The notes below the pieces were generated by a model. That model did not search any database. It was not told the origin of the DNA and saw nothing but the letters and a program-made list of their open reading frames with translations. This document shows, in pieces, positions 47,703 to 56,615 of a stretch of 56,615 bases of DNA (within the stretch, counting starts at the first letter, position 1; each line of letters opens with the position of its first letter). A program made the translations under genes and the position numbers. The stretch is taken from IMG/VR virus record IMGVR_UViG_3300042564_004560. One strand, 5' to 3'. This DNA is from an uncultured virus (IMG/VR IMGVR_UViG_3300042564_004560). Lineage: Duplodnaviria; Heunggongvirae; Uroviricota; Caudoviricetes.

Positions 47703-50700
47703 TGGCAATAACACAAAAGAGCACAAAATATTTTTATCCCCCAAGACCTGGTAGTGGTGCGGGGACTTTCTCAGACAACATTGTAGGATTACAAACTGTT
47801 GAGGGTGGAGGTCTTACGCAAGGTAATTTTGAGTTCACAACTTCTATTGTTGAAAAAGTTAATAGAACTTTTACGGTTGGAGCTTTTTCGGAACCAATTA
47901 ATTTAGATGATTTAGATATTGGAGATTTAACGGAAAGCCGTAGAATAATGGCGACTCAATTTAGAGTTTATCCAAACTATGATGTATCCCAAGTTTTAAA
48001 CTTTTCAATGTATGGGTCTTTAAGTAAAAGATTCCAAGTTTCGGTTACACATATAATCCATAATTTCCCTGCGGGATTAGATGTATTATACACCAATTTA
48101 GATTTTACTACAGGGCCAACAGCATATGACATATCTTATGATTTAACAACTGATGAAACATATTTTAAAGTTAATGTTGATAGGATTAATAATCCTTTTG
48201 ATATTGATTATTCAATTAGTGCTGCAACTAACTTGTCACTTAGAGAGATAATTGTGTCACCATATAGAAATTTGTATAATAGTTATTTGGATTATTGTAT
48301 TAGTATTAATGATAACATATACAATGTAATGTCATTTAATCCTTCGGAAAATTTAAATACGGGTTACATAGAGTTTTATGTTTCAGGGGCGCCTTTTGGA
48401 GATACAGCAACAACAATTAATGAACAATATCAGATAAGATTAAATGATTTTATTACGGATAAAGTATTTGCGGAAAACTTTGATGAGGTTGAGAAATTTT
48501 TATTAAATCGTTTAGTAAGACCTGAATATACGGCGACTTTCCAAGTACCACAACAAAATGAAGATGGACAATTTTATACTGACTATCAACAAGTAACTTG
48601 GCCAAAAGATGGAAATTGGAACTTAGACATTAGGTCATATTTGTTTGATGATTACTTGTCTCAGTTAGAAATTATTGCGCAAAATTTAGATTCATTTAAA
48701 ACTAATTTATTATCAAGATTTTTAGTTACGGACTCGTTAAAAGAGTTTGACACACGAGGACAAAAAGTTGAAAAAATATTTCAAATCTATGGTAGAAGTT
48801 TTGACCAAGTAAAACAATTTATTGATGCTTTGGCTTATATGAATTCGGTTAATTATAATCCTTCAAATGATATACCATCAGAATTGTTGGTAAATCTTGC
48901 GAGAACTTTAGGTTGGTCTTCAAACTTTTCGCCAATAACAAATGAAGACTTCTTAAGTTCGGTATTTGGTAATACAAGTACCCCAACATATCCTGGATAT
49001 GCAAGAGCTCTTACTCCAACAGAATTAAACTATGCATTCTATAGAAATTTAATTCTAAACGCGGCTTACCTTTTTAAATCAAAAGGAACAAGAAGGTCTA
49101 TTGAATTTATGATGAGACTAATTGGGGCTCCTGATTCATTGGTTGAATTTAACGAACATATTTATCTTGCCGACCAAAGAATTAATTTAGACCAATTCTA
49201 TACTCAATGGATGAAAATCTCAGGAGGAACATATGTTCAAGATACTCCTTCGTATTTGCCGGGACAAACTTATAAAATTAAAGGTGATTTCTATAGTGGT
49301 TATACCTCAAATAAAAGTTACCAAGATGTTAATGTTAAATTAAGTGATTATCCTATTGATGATTTAGGTTATCCGTCAGCACCTTTAAATACTGACAATT
49401 ATTTTTTCCAATTAGGTTCTGGTTGGTACGAATCAACACCTCAACATAGAAGTCCTGATGAGGTGGTAATTACAGGAAATGTTTATACGGGTCAAAACTA
49501 TGATTTTCAAACTAAATTAACACCATTTAGTTATGGACAACCATATTTAAATAGGTTTAGAGATTTCCCATATATGACTGAAGGTTTTAAATTGACTAAA
49601 GTAGTTGATAATAATAAATCATGGTTAGAAGAAGATAATAAAATTAGAGTTTCTATAAATGCAGATTATAATGCATATTATTATGTTGATAATGAAAAAC
49701 TTGTATTAAATGTTAAAAATGTTGATTTATTTTTAAATCCTTCACAAGGACTTGTATATGATGTTTGGGACCAATCAAGGAGATATGATTATCCTATACC
49801 TGAATCAGGGTTAACGGTAGGGTACCCTGTACCTGGAGGTGTGGATTGGACTTACGTTAATCCTGAACCAAAAAAGAAAACATTTTTTGAGTTCTCACAA
49901 ACATTTTGGCAAAACATGATTAATGTAAGAAATAGACAATATATTACTGACGGTAAAACAGGAGGATATCCAACATTACAATCTATATGGTGGAAATATA
50001 TTGAATCTGAACAAACCGTTGGATTACCAAATAACAAATACACTTATCAAAAATTAATTGATTATGTAAACGGTATAGGGCCATATTGGATGAAGTTAGT
50101 GGAACAAATGGTTCCTGCAACAACTATTTGGAATACGGGAGTTAAATTTGAAAACTCAGTATTACAAAAACAAAAATTTGTTTATAGAAGACAAAGAGGA
50201 TGTGAATTTGTACCAGTACCTGTTAAACCGTGTTATATCATATCAAATATTTTTGATTATACCTGTGCAACAGAATCCGTGGATTTCTTCATATATCCAT
50301 GGAGGAATGGTGATATTGAGGTTAGTAATTTTAGTAGTATCTTATCAAATAGATTAAATGATATGTTATCATCAAGTGGGTTAACATTAGGTAATTGTAC
50401 CCAAAATTCGGTTGAAAGTAATTGGTATGTTGATTTACAAATAGATGGTGATATTATTATACAAGAGTTGTTTTATACGGGGTATGGGTTAACGGATGTC
50501 CCAACAAATGATGATTGGAGAAATGCCCTTATTTTATATTTACCTAATCTATATGATTATGGGTTTAATTATTTATTAGATGGTAGTTTTTTAACAATTA
50601 CAAGTTTAACTTGTACCGAAAGAAACTTTGGGGAAACATTAACTTTAAATTCAGGAATAAACATTAGCATAAACTGCACACCTAACAAAAAAGATATATC

Positions 50701-50722
50701 AAATGGCATCATTCAATTATAG
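47702..50722 (+). CDS. Baseplate wedge protein with P2 gpI / T4 gp7-like domain
   Basis: IPSELLVNLARTLGW...YRNLILNAAYLFKSKGTRRSIEFMMRLIG and LVEQMVPATT. Confidence 0.7.
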   Translation: MAITQKSTKYFYPPRPGSGAGTFSDNIVGLQTVEGGGLTQGNFEFTTSIVEKVNRTFTVGAFSEPINLDDLDIGDLTESRRIMATQFRVYPNYDVSQVLNFSMYGSLSKRFQVSVTHIIHNFPAGLDVLYTNLDFTTGPTAYDISYDLTTDETYFKVNVDRINNPFDIDYSISAATNLSLREIIVSPYRNLYNSYLDYCISINDNIYNVMSFNPSENLNTGYIEFYVSGAPFGDTATTINEQYQIRLNDFITDKVFAENFDEVEKFLLNRLVRPEYTATFQVPQQNEDGQFYTDYQQVTWPKDGNWNLDIRSYLFDDYLSQLEIIAQNLDSFKTNLLSRFLVTDSLKEFDTRGQKVEKIFQIYGRSFDQVKQFIDALAYMNSVNYNPSNDIPSELLVNLARTLGWSSNFSPITNEDFLSSVFGNTSTPTYPGYARALTPTELNYAFYRNLILNAAYLFKSKGTRRSIEFMMRLIGAPDSLVEFNEHIYLADQRINLDQFYTQWMKISGGTYVQDTPSYLPGQTYKIKGDFYSGYTSNKSYQDVNVKLSDYPIDDLGYPSAPLNTDNYFFQLGSGWYESTPQHRSPDEVVITGNVYTGQNYDFQTKLTPFSYGQPYLNRFRDFPYMTEGFKLTKVVDNNKSWLEEDNKIRVSINADYNAYYYVDNEKLVLNVKNVDLFLNPSQGLVYDVWDQSRRYDYPIPESGLTVGYPVPGGVDWTYVNPEPKKKTFFEFSQTFWQNMINVRNRQYITDGKTGGYPTLQSIWWKYIESEQTVGLPNNKYTYQKLIDYVNGIGPYWMKLVEQMVPATTIWNTGVKFENSVLQKQKFVYRRQRGCEFVPVPVKPCYIISNIFDYTCATESVDFFIYPWRNGDIEVSNFSSILSNRLNDMLSSSGLTLGNCTQNSVESNWYVDLQIDGDIIIQELFYTGYGLTDVPTNDDWRNALILYLPNLYDYGFNYLLDGSFLTITSLTCTERNFGETLTLNSGINISINCTPNKKDISNGIIQL

Positions 50723-52838
50723 TATTGCGGTAACAGGGGATTGTTCTAACACAAATGCGGGGATTATAAGCCTGTTTTTAACAGGTGGGACAGAACCTTA
50801 TACAGTGCAATGGCAATCACCATTAACTCAAGTTGATGTTGTTACGACAAACGCCTCTACTGTTACAAATTTATCTGCATCAACATATGCTGCTAGGGTA
50901 AATGATAGTACATTACCTACCAACTCAGAATTTTACATAAACATTCCTGTGTCTAGTGGGGTTTGTACTTCAATAACATCAGTAAACAATACAACATGTA
51001 ATCTACCTAATGGTTTTGTTACGGTTGGGTCAACATCAATATACTCATCAACAATTTTTTATTTATTTGATTCAAACAATAATTTTCTTAATTCGGGTTC
51101 TACAAATACTGATAGCTTTACCTTTAGTAATTTAAGTGCCAGTACTTATTCCATAGAAGCTCTTGATTTAGGAGGTTGCACTGGGTTGAGCCAAAGTTTT
51201 ATTGTAAATAATTCAAATGAGTTTGACTATGGTTTATATGTAGTCCCAAATTCAAGTTGTGGAGGTTCACCAATTGGTAAAATAATAGTGACGGGTCAAA
51301 CAGGAATATCACCATATCAATATCTTTGGAGTGATGGACAAACAGGAAGTACTATTACTGGATTAACTATGGGTAATTACTCTGTTCAGGTTACGGATTC
51401 ATTAGGGTGTGATATTACAAAATCGGCATACCTTGAAAATGTTGACCCAGTTGGATTTGCTTTAGTAACATCTACAGCACCAAGTTGTCTCCAAAGTAAT
51501 GGAGTTATTACCGTAACTTTAACAGGAGGTACTGCGCCATATTATTACTCGGCTTCAACAGGAAATGTTGAGGTTTCCTATTCTCAAAGTTATACTATTT
51601 CAGGTTTAACTGCAGGTAACTATCAATTTCAAGTTACAGACGCGGCATATTGTCAATCATCTGTGGGTACAACATTGGCAACACCTGGAGGAATAACCTC
51701 TGTCTCTGTAACTAGTCAAAATTCAACATGTTCAAGTGTTAATGGTCAAATTCAAATTTCTGTTGTTGGAGGAAGTTTACCTTATACATATACTTTAATT
51801 TCTCCTAACGGTAACACATTAAATGTTAGTAATTCTCAAACAACATATGTTTTTGACGGGCTATCTTCGGGAACGTATACTGTAGCTGTTGCAGATTCAA
51901 CAGGGTGTTCTAATATACAAGAAATTACAATTGTTGCTCAAAACAAATATACAATTTCTACGGAAGTTACCTCAACATCATGTAATCAAAATAATGGAAA
52001 AATAAAAATATACACAACAACAGGAAGCACATTACCATTAGACTATTCTATTGATGGATTGTATAACATTATTGATACTAACTTAAGCGCAGTAACATTT
52101 AATAATTTAACTGCCGGAAGTCATGTTGTAACGGTTACCGACGCTGATGGATGTGTTCAAACAAAAAATGTGTTGATACCATTTAGTCAAAAATTAGATT
52201 TTTCATTGTATAGTACTTCTTGTGGTAGTGGAAATAGTGGGCAAATAACAGCCTTTATTACATCAGGTGAACCACCATTTAACTTTAATTGGTCTGATAA
52301 TATTCCTAACGAACCTCAACAAATTCAAGTTTCAGGGTTGACAGGAGGAACATATAGTTTAACCGTAGTAGATAATAACGGATGTTCTTTAAAAAGAACT
52401 GCAACAATCACATGTAATCAAAATTATGTTTCATATCAAACTTATGTTATGGGCGAAGAAATATTTAGAGTTTCATCACCTACTAAGTTTGGATTATTAC
52501 AAATGTTGAATGAGGGTTATTTTGACTTAACATCAGGAAATACAAATTGTGATTTAGTTAATGCAACATTTACTGTGAAAGTTTCAGTTAATCCTGCAGG
52601 ATTAACAACAAGTCAAACTTTCTTTACAGGAACAACATTAGTTCAGGTACCTACTGATAATTTATATTACGATGCCCTTAGACAATTATTATTAAGTGTT
52701 CCTGGAGTTGGTAATGTTAGTATTGATGCTCTTGATAATCAAATAACTATTGAAACTAGTAGAGATAATACATCTTTAGAGGGTCAAGAAATTATTATTG
52801 ATTTGATAATTGTTTACGATATAATGTGTTTATCATGA
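50703..52838 (+). CDS. SprB-like repeat protein (putative fibre/adhesin)
   Basis: About 7 repeats of C...NG.I.V...GG..PY.Y.W.......L..G.Y.V.V.D..GC, e.g. GGTAPYYYS...ISGLTAGNYQFQVTDAAYC. Confidence 0.8.
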   Translation: MASFNYSIAVTGDCSNTNAGIISLFLTGGTEPYTVQWQSPLTQVDVVTTNASTVTNLSASTYAARVNDSTLPTNSEFYINIPVSSGVCTSITSVNNTTCNLPNGFVTVGSTSIYSSTIFYLFDSNNNFLNSGSTNTDSFTFSNLSASTYSIEALDLGGCTGLSQSFIVNNSNEFDYGLYVVPNSSCGGSPIGKIIVTGQTGISPYQYLWSDGQTGSTITGLTMGNYSVQVTDSLGCDITKSAYLENVDPVGFALVTSTAPSCLQSNGVITVTLTGGTAPYYYSASTGNVEVSYSQSYTISGLTAGNYQFQVTDAAYCQSSVGTTLATPGGITSVSVTSQNSTCSSVNGQIQISVVGGSLPYTYTLISPNGNTLNVSNSQTTYVFDGLSSGTYTVAVADSTGCSNIQEITIVAQNKYTISTEVTSTSCNQNNGKIKIYTTTGSTLPLDYSIDGLYNIIDTNLSAVTFNNLTAGSHVVTVTDADGCVQTKNVLIPFSQKLDFSLYSTSCGSGNSGQITAFITSGEPPFNFNWSDNIPNEPQQIQVSGLTGGTYSLTVVDNNGCSLKRTATITCNQNYVSYQTYVMGEEIFRVSSPTKFGLLQMLNEGYFDLTSGNTNCDLVNATFTVKVSVNPAGLTTSQTFFTGTTLVQVPTDNLYYDALRQLLLSVPGVGNVSIDALDNQITIETSRDNTSLEGQEIIIDLIIVYDIMCLS

Positions 52839-53134
52839 CCCAAGTAAGAATAACCGAAATATCTGGTAGTACTGCCTACCCAATTAGTGTCTTTATATCA
52901 GACATTTATCTTAATTATCAAACTTTGTTAGGTACTATTAGTGGTGCGGTTCCTCCTGTTGTTGAATACAATACTACAATACCATCAATTTTCCAATCAG
53001 CGCCTCAAATTGTTTTGACATTAACTGATAATAATAATTGTGAAGTTTTTAAAGTTTTGGATTGTACATTCGGATGTACTTTCTTAATTACTATTGAATT
53101 AGCATCATGTGTTGTTAATATGGTTATTGAATAA
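52826..53134 (+). CDS. Hypothetical protein (true start possibly ATG at 52835)
   Basis: 102-aa ORF; the ATGA overlap at 52835-52838 with the upstream stop suggests translational coupling. Confidence 0.65.
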   Translation: MFIMTQVRITEISGSTAYPISVFISDIYLNYQTLLGTISGAVPPVVEYNTTIPSIFQSAPQIVLTLTDNNNCEVFKVLDCTFGCTFLITIELASCVVNMVIE

Positions 53135-53198
53135 TACCAACATTATTATTTCATTTTAATTTTTTCTAATAGTTTTTACTGAAATAGAATAGTTAAGG

Positions 53199-53205
53199 TA
53201 TTTAT
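53199..53205 (+). promoter_or_regulatory. TATTTAT motif
   Basis: Recurrent motif; ATG at 53222. Confidence 0.5.
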
Positions 53206-53221
53206 TTAATAAAAACTACGG

Positions 53222-55438
53222 ATGTCCATATACACAATAATTGTAACAAATAACGCCCCTGGATGTGCAGCTGAAATTGAACAACAATTAACAGTAGCAG
53301 GTTGTACCTCATATATTGTAAAATTAGCGTCAAATTCAAATGCTTTAGGACCATTTAATGTATATGTAGACACTACATTAATTTATTCTGCGGTGACAAG
53401 AAATAACATGCTTATGGGTGTTATTCTCCCATTAGATTGTGCTACATCAACACCAACAATTACTCCAACAAATACACCAACTACTCCTCCGTCTTCTACT
53501 TCAACACCAACTTCAACACCAACTTCAACACCAACCGAAACAATGACACCAACTCCTTCAGTTACTATAGGTGCAACACCTACATCGACTGAAACTCAAA
53601 CACCTACGCCAACTCAAACTCAAACTCAAACTCCGACTAATACGGCTACGCCAACTAATACGGCTACGCCAACTAATACCGCAACTCCAACTAATACCGC
53701 AACTCCAACTAATACAGAGACACCAACACCGACTGAAACTCCGACTAATACTGCTACGCCAACTAATACCGCAACTCCAACTAATACAGAGACACCAACT
53801 CCAACAGAAACTCCAACTCAAACTGCTACGCCAAGTCAAACGGAGACTCAAACTCAAACACCAACTCAAACCGCTACGCCAAGTCAAACCGCTACGCCAA
53901 CTAATACAGAAACACCTACACAAACTCAAACTGCGACAAATACAGAAACTCCGACTCAAACTCAAACACCAACTCAAACTTCAACAGAAACTCCAACTCA
54001 AACTTCAACGGAAACTCCAACACCAACCGAAACAATGACACCAACTCCTTCAGTTACTATAGGTGCAACACCTACTATGACTGAAACTCAAACACCTACT
54101 ACAACAGAAACTCCAACAGAAACTCCAACTCAAACTGCTACGCCAAGTCAAACGGAGACCCCAACTCAAACCCCAACTCAAACTAATACAGAGACACCAA
54201 CTCAAACTCAAACTGCAACAAATACAGAGACACCAACTCAAACTCAAACACCAACTCAAACTTCAACAGAAACTCCAACAGAAACTCCAACTCAAACTGC
54301 AACGCAAACTGCGACTCAAACTCAAAGTCAGACACCTACAACGACTACTACTTCAACTGCGACTCCAACTCAAACTCCAACTAATAGTGAGACGCCGACT
54401 AATACTGCTACGCCAAGTCAAACATCAACACCAAGTCAAACTGCAACACCAAGTCAAACTGCGAGTCCAAGTCAAACCTCAACACCAAGTCAAACTGCGA
54501 GTCCAAGTCAAACTGCGAGTCCAAGTCAAACGGCAACGCCAAGTCAAACTGCTACGCCAAGTCAAACTGCTACGCCAAGTCAAACTGCAACTCAAACCGC
54601 TACTCCGAGTCAAACCGCTACTCCGAGTCAAACCGCTACGCCAAGTCAAACAGCAACTCCAAGTCAAACAGCAACTCCAAGTCAAACGGCTACTCAAACC
54701 GCTACACCAAGTCAAACTGCCACCCCAAGTCAAACTGCTACGCCAACAAATACTACAACTCCAACACAAAGTCAAACACCAACCAATACGGCAACACCAA
54801 CTAATACAACAACACAAACACCAACTAATACGACAACTATGACACCAACACCTTCAACAACACCTCCAGGATTAACCGCATACTTGTTTATTGACCGAAG
54901 TGATGCAACACTTAGAACGGCCTTAAATAATTATATGGCGGCTCAAGGAAGTGCATTTAGAGGATTTAATATTAATAACGTGACTAATACTGTCCAAGCA
55001 ACATTTGATGCTCAAATGAACGCATATATCGCTTATAGTGGTTGGGGTGTTAGTGAACCTGCAATATTTACTGCCCCAATATCAACAACATCTGGTGGGG
55101 TTGACGTATGGGGTAATACAATTACTGCTTACAAATTCCAAACAATTCAAGTTCCAAACACTACAGTTCCTTCAGGTGAGATTGCTTGGTATACATGGAT
55201 AGTTGCAACAGGTGCGACAAACGGACAAAAATATTCAACCATTAAAAACGGTAGTTCAAATCCGCCATTAACCGACACAGTTGTTAATGCCGTAACTAAT
55301 AATTTAGTTGTTAATTATAGTGGGTCAACAAATATACCGGCAGGAACATATAGAGTTTATACAACAAAAACCGCGTCAGGTCTTAACATTAATAATCTTG
55401 GTAATAATTGGTATTTCCAAGGAGGGTCTTTAGTATAA
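53222..55438 (+). CDS. Mucin-like Thr/Pro-rich protein with small N-terminal and globular C-terminal domains
   Basis: About 470 residues of TPTNTA / TPTQTQ / TPSQTA repeats between non-repetitive ends. Confidence 0.85.
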   Translation: MSIYTIIVTNNAPGCAAEIEQQLTVAGCTSYIVKLASNSNALGPFNVYVDTTLIYSAVTRNNMLMGVILPLDCATSTPTITPTNTPTTPPSSTSTPTSTPTSTPTETMTPTPSVTIGATPTSTETQTPTPTQTQTQTPTNTATPTNTATPTNTATPTNTATPTNTETPTPTETPTNTATPTNTATPTNTETPTPTETPTQTATPSQTETQTQTPTQTATPSQTATPTNTETPTQTQTATNTETPTQTQTPTQTSTETPTQTSTETPTPTETMTPTPSVTIGATPTMTETQTPTTTETPTETPTQTATPSQTETPTQTPTQTNTETPTQTQTATNTETPTQTQTPTQTSTETPTETPTQTATQTATQTQSQTPTTTTTSTATPTQTPTNSETPTNTATPSQTSTPSQTATPSQTASPSQTSTPSQTASPSQTASPSQTATPSQTATPSQTATPSQTATQTATPSQTATPSQTATPSQTATPSQTATPSQTATQTATPSQTATPSQTATPTNTTTPTQSQTPTNTATPTNTTTQTPTNTTTMTPTPSTTPPGLTAYLFIDRSDATLRTALNNYMAAQGSAFRGFNINNVTNTVQATFDAQMNAYIAYSGWGVSEPAIFTAPISTTSGGVDVWGNTITAYKFQTIQVPNTTVPSGEIAWYTWIVATGATNGQKYSTIKNGSSNPPLTDTVVNAVTNNLVVNYSGSTNIPAGTYRVYTTKTASGLNINNLGNNWYFQGGSLV
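53440..54868 (+). repeat. Coding tandem repeats (mostly 18-nt units), including a 58-nt exact duplication
   Basis: Units such as CCAAGTCAAACTGCTACG; identical 58-nt blocks at 53526-53583 and 54018-54075. Confidence 0.85.
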
Positions 55439-55477
55439 AAATAAAAAAATAGATAACCATTAAATATAACAAATAAT

Positions 55478-56605
55478 ATGAGCTTTAATTATAAAAATCC
55501 AATTTCGACCACCATTTTACAAGCCCCCGATTCGGTAACCAGAATTAGTACCGATGGAACTAATTTTAGCGTCCTTGGTATTGGTGGTTACATGGAGGTA
55601 TTTTATTTATCCAATTTAAATTGGATAATTCCTCCTCAAACATTAATTGATGGTGGATTGGTTGAATATTCAGGAAATACAACTCCAATAAGTTTTTATT
55701 ATAATGTTCCATTTGATTATTTTAATATTTTAAATCTTAATAATGACGGTATTTCTAGTGGTCGTAGAAGATTAGGTATGCAAGTTTATGTTCAGGAAAC
55801 TGACACAGTATATCAATATACTATGACAGGATTTACTGCGATGTGGGATGCGGCAGAAGCGGTAGGGTCAGTTATAGATACTGGTAATGGTTATGAGGTT
55901 TATAACGACACCACTGAAGGAACAACATTTATTAATGCTTGGACAGCCTCAACTATTGAAGGTGTTGGTGGTGTCACAAAAAATGATGCAAGATGGCAAA
56001 TATTTTGGGGTACTGACGTTCAAATCACAGGTGGAACTTATTATTCAGGGACATCTGATTTAGATTTATACAATAGTTCTGGTGGTACAATAACAATTTC
56101 AGGATTTACCGCACCAATTACGGGTGGAACATATAATAGTGGGTCACAAACACTATCACTTAATAGTGCAGGAGGTTCTAGTATTGATATAACAGGGTTT
56201 ACAAGTGGTGGAGGTAATCCTCTTACCGTTTATGATGCCACGTCAGGTGTAACAGTCTCAAATGTTACAGGTATGACATTTTCAGGTGCTTCCGTTATTA
56301 ATAATGGAGGTGGTAATATAACAATTAATTTTACAGGAGGAACGGGAACCGCTGGGTCAAGTGGTACTTCAGGTACTAGTGGAACAGATGGTACTTCAGG
56401 TACTAGTGGAACTGATGGTTCATCAGGTACTAGTGGAACAGATGGTTCAAGCGGAACTTCAGGTACAGATGGTTCATCAGGAACTAGCGGAACAGATGGT
56501 TCATCAGGAACTTCAGGTACTAGCGGAACAGATGGTTCTTCAGGAACTTCAGGTACTAGCGGAACAGATGGTTCTTCAGGAACTTCAGGTACTACAGGAA
56601 CATAA
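55478..56605 (+). CDS. Putative tail fibre with Gly-X-Y (GTS/GSS/GTD) collagen-like repeat; probably continues beyond the window
   Basis: N-terminal RRRLGMQVYVQETDTVYQ, repeated ITGGTY and TGFT motifs, and Gly at every third residue from about 56337. The repeat continues in frame after the TAA. Confidence 0.7.
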   Translation: MSFNYKNPISTTILQAPDSVTRISTDGTNFSVLGIGGYMEVFYLSNLNWIIPPQTLIDGGLVEYSGNTTPISFYYNVPFDYFNILNLNNDGISSGRRRLGMQVYVQETDTVYQYTMTGFTAMWDAAEAVGSVIDTGNGYEVYNDTTEGTTFINAWTASTIEGVGGVTKNDARWQIFWGTDVQITGGTYYSGTSDLDLYNSSGGTITISGFTAPITGGTYNSGSQTLSLNSAGGSSIDITGFTSGGGNPLTVYDATSGVTVSNVTGMTFSGASVINNGGGNITINFTGGTGTAGSSGTSGTSGTDGTSGTSGTDGSSGTSGTDGSSGTSGTDGSSGTSGTDGSSGTSGTSGTDGSSGTSGTSGTDGSSGTSGTTGT

Positions 56606-56615
56606 GGTACTTCAG

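Noticed and set aside
5288..54842. Short ORFs nested in or antisense to long genes (e.g. 5288-5545, 6011-6286, 8930-9160, 11292-11573, 24536-24934, 40506-40844, 53558-53977, 53571-54038, 54387-54842)
   Set aside because: They are shadows of well-supported genes or of the repeats, with no recognisable motifs or upstream signals.
56603..56605. Stop-codon reassignment as the explanation for the in-repeat TAA
   Set aside because: TAA ends most genes here, and TAG (30709) and TGA (9872, 52838) also act as stops. Long ORFs are intact under the standard code.
53440..56615. Tandem repeats as a possible CRISPR array or DGR template/variable repeat
   Set aside because: The units are multiples of 3 nt, lie in frame in ORFs and have no unique spacers. 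The 58-nt duplicate is identical rather than adenine-mutated, and there is no cas or reverse transcriptase gene in the window.
1..56615. tRNA or rRNA genes
   Set aside because: Intergenic gaps are short and AT-rich, and I saw no cloverleaf or T-loop (GTTCGA) context in them.

Overview
AT-rich segment of a large myovirus (jumbo-phage-like, T4-type gene repertoire). The host is most plausibly Bacteroidota, inferred from SprB-like repeats and A-rich start regions with no Shine-Dalgarno sequence. From left to right the window holds: (1) a minus-strand SNF2-family helicase and SET-domain gene pair; (2) neck/tail genes (tail terminator-like, sheath, tube, tail assembly chaperone, tape measure, very large baseplate proteins); (3) a replication/recombination block (gp32-like SSB, RecA/UvsX, 5'-3' exonuclease, DnaB-like helicase, nrdB, nrdA); (4) gp25/gp6-like baseplate wedge genes and large virion/fibre genes with PKD-like, SprB-like, mucin-like and Gly-X-Y repeats. 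Signals not in the ORF track include a candidate programmed +1/-2 frameshift at the end of the tail chaperone, a 50-aa ribbon-helix-helix gene, a recurring TATTTAT(A) upstream motif, an ACTAG(T) array faced by a sigma70-like promoter, and apparent GATC avoidance. All product calls come from motif recognition and gene order by eye; no database searches were run.
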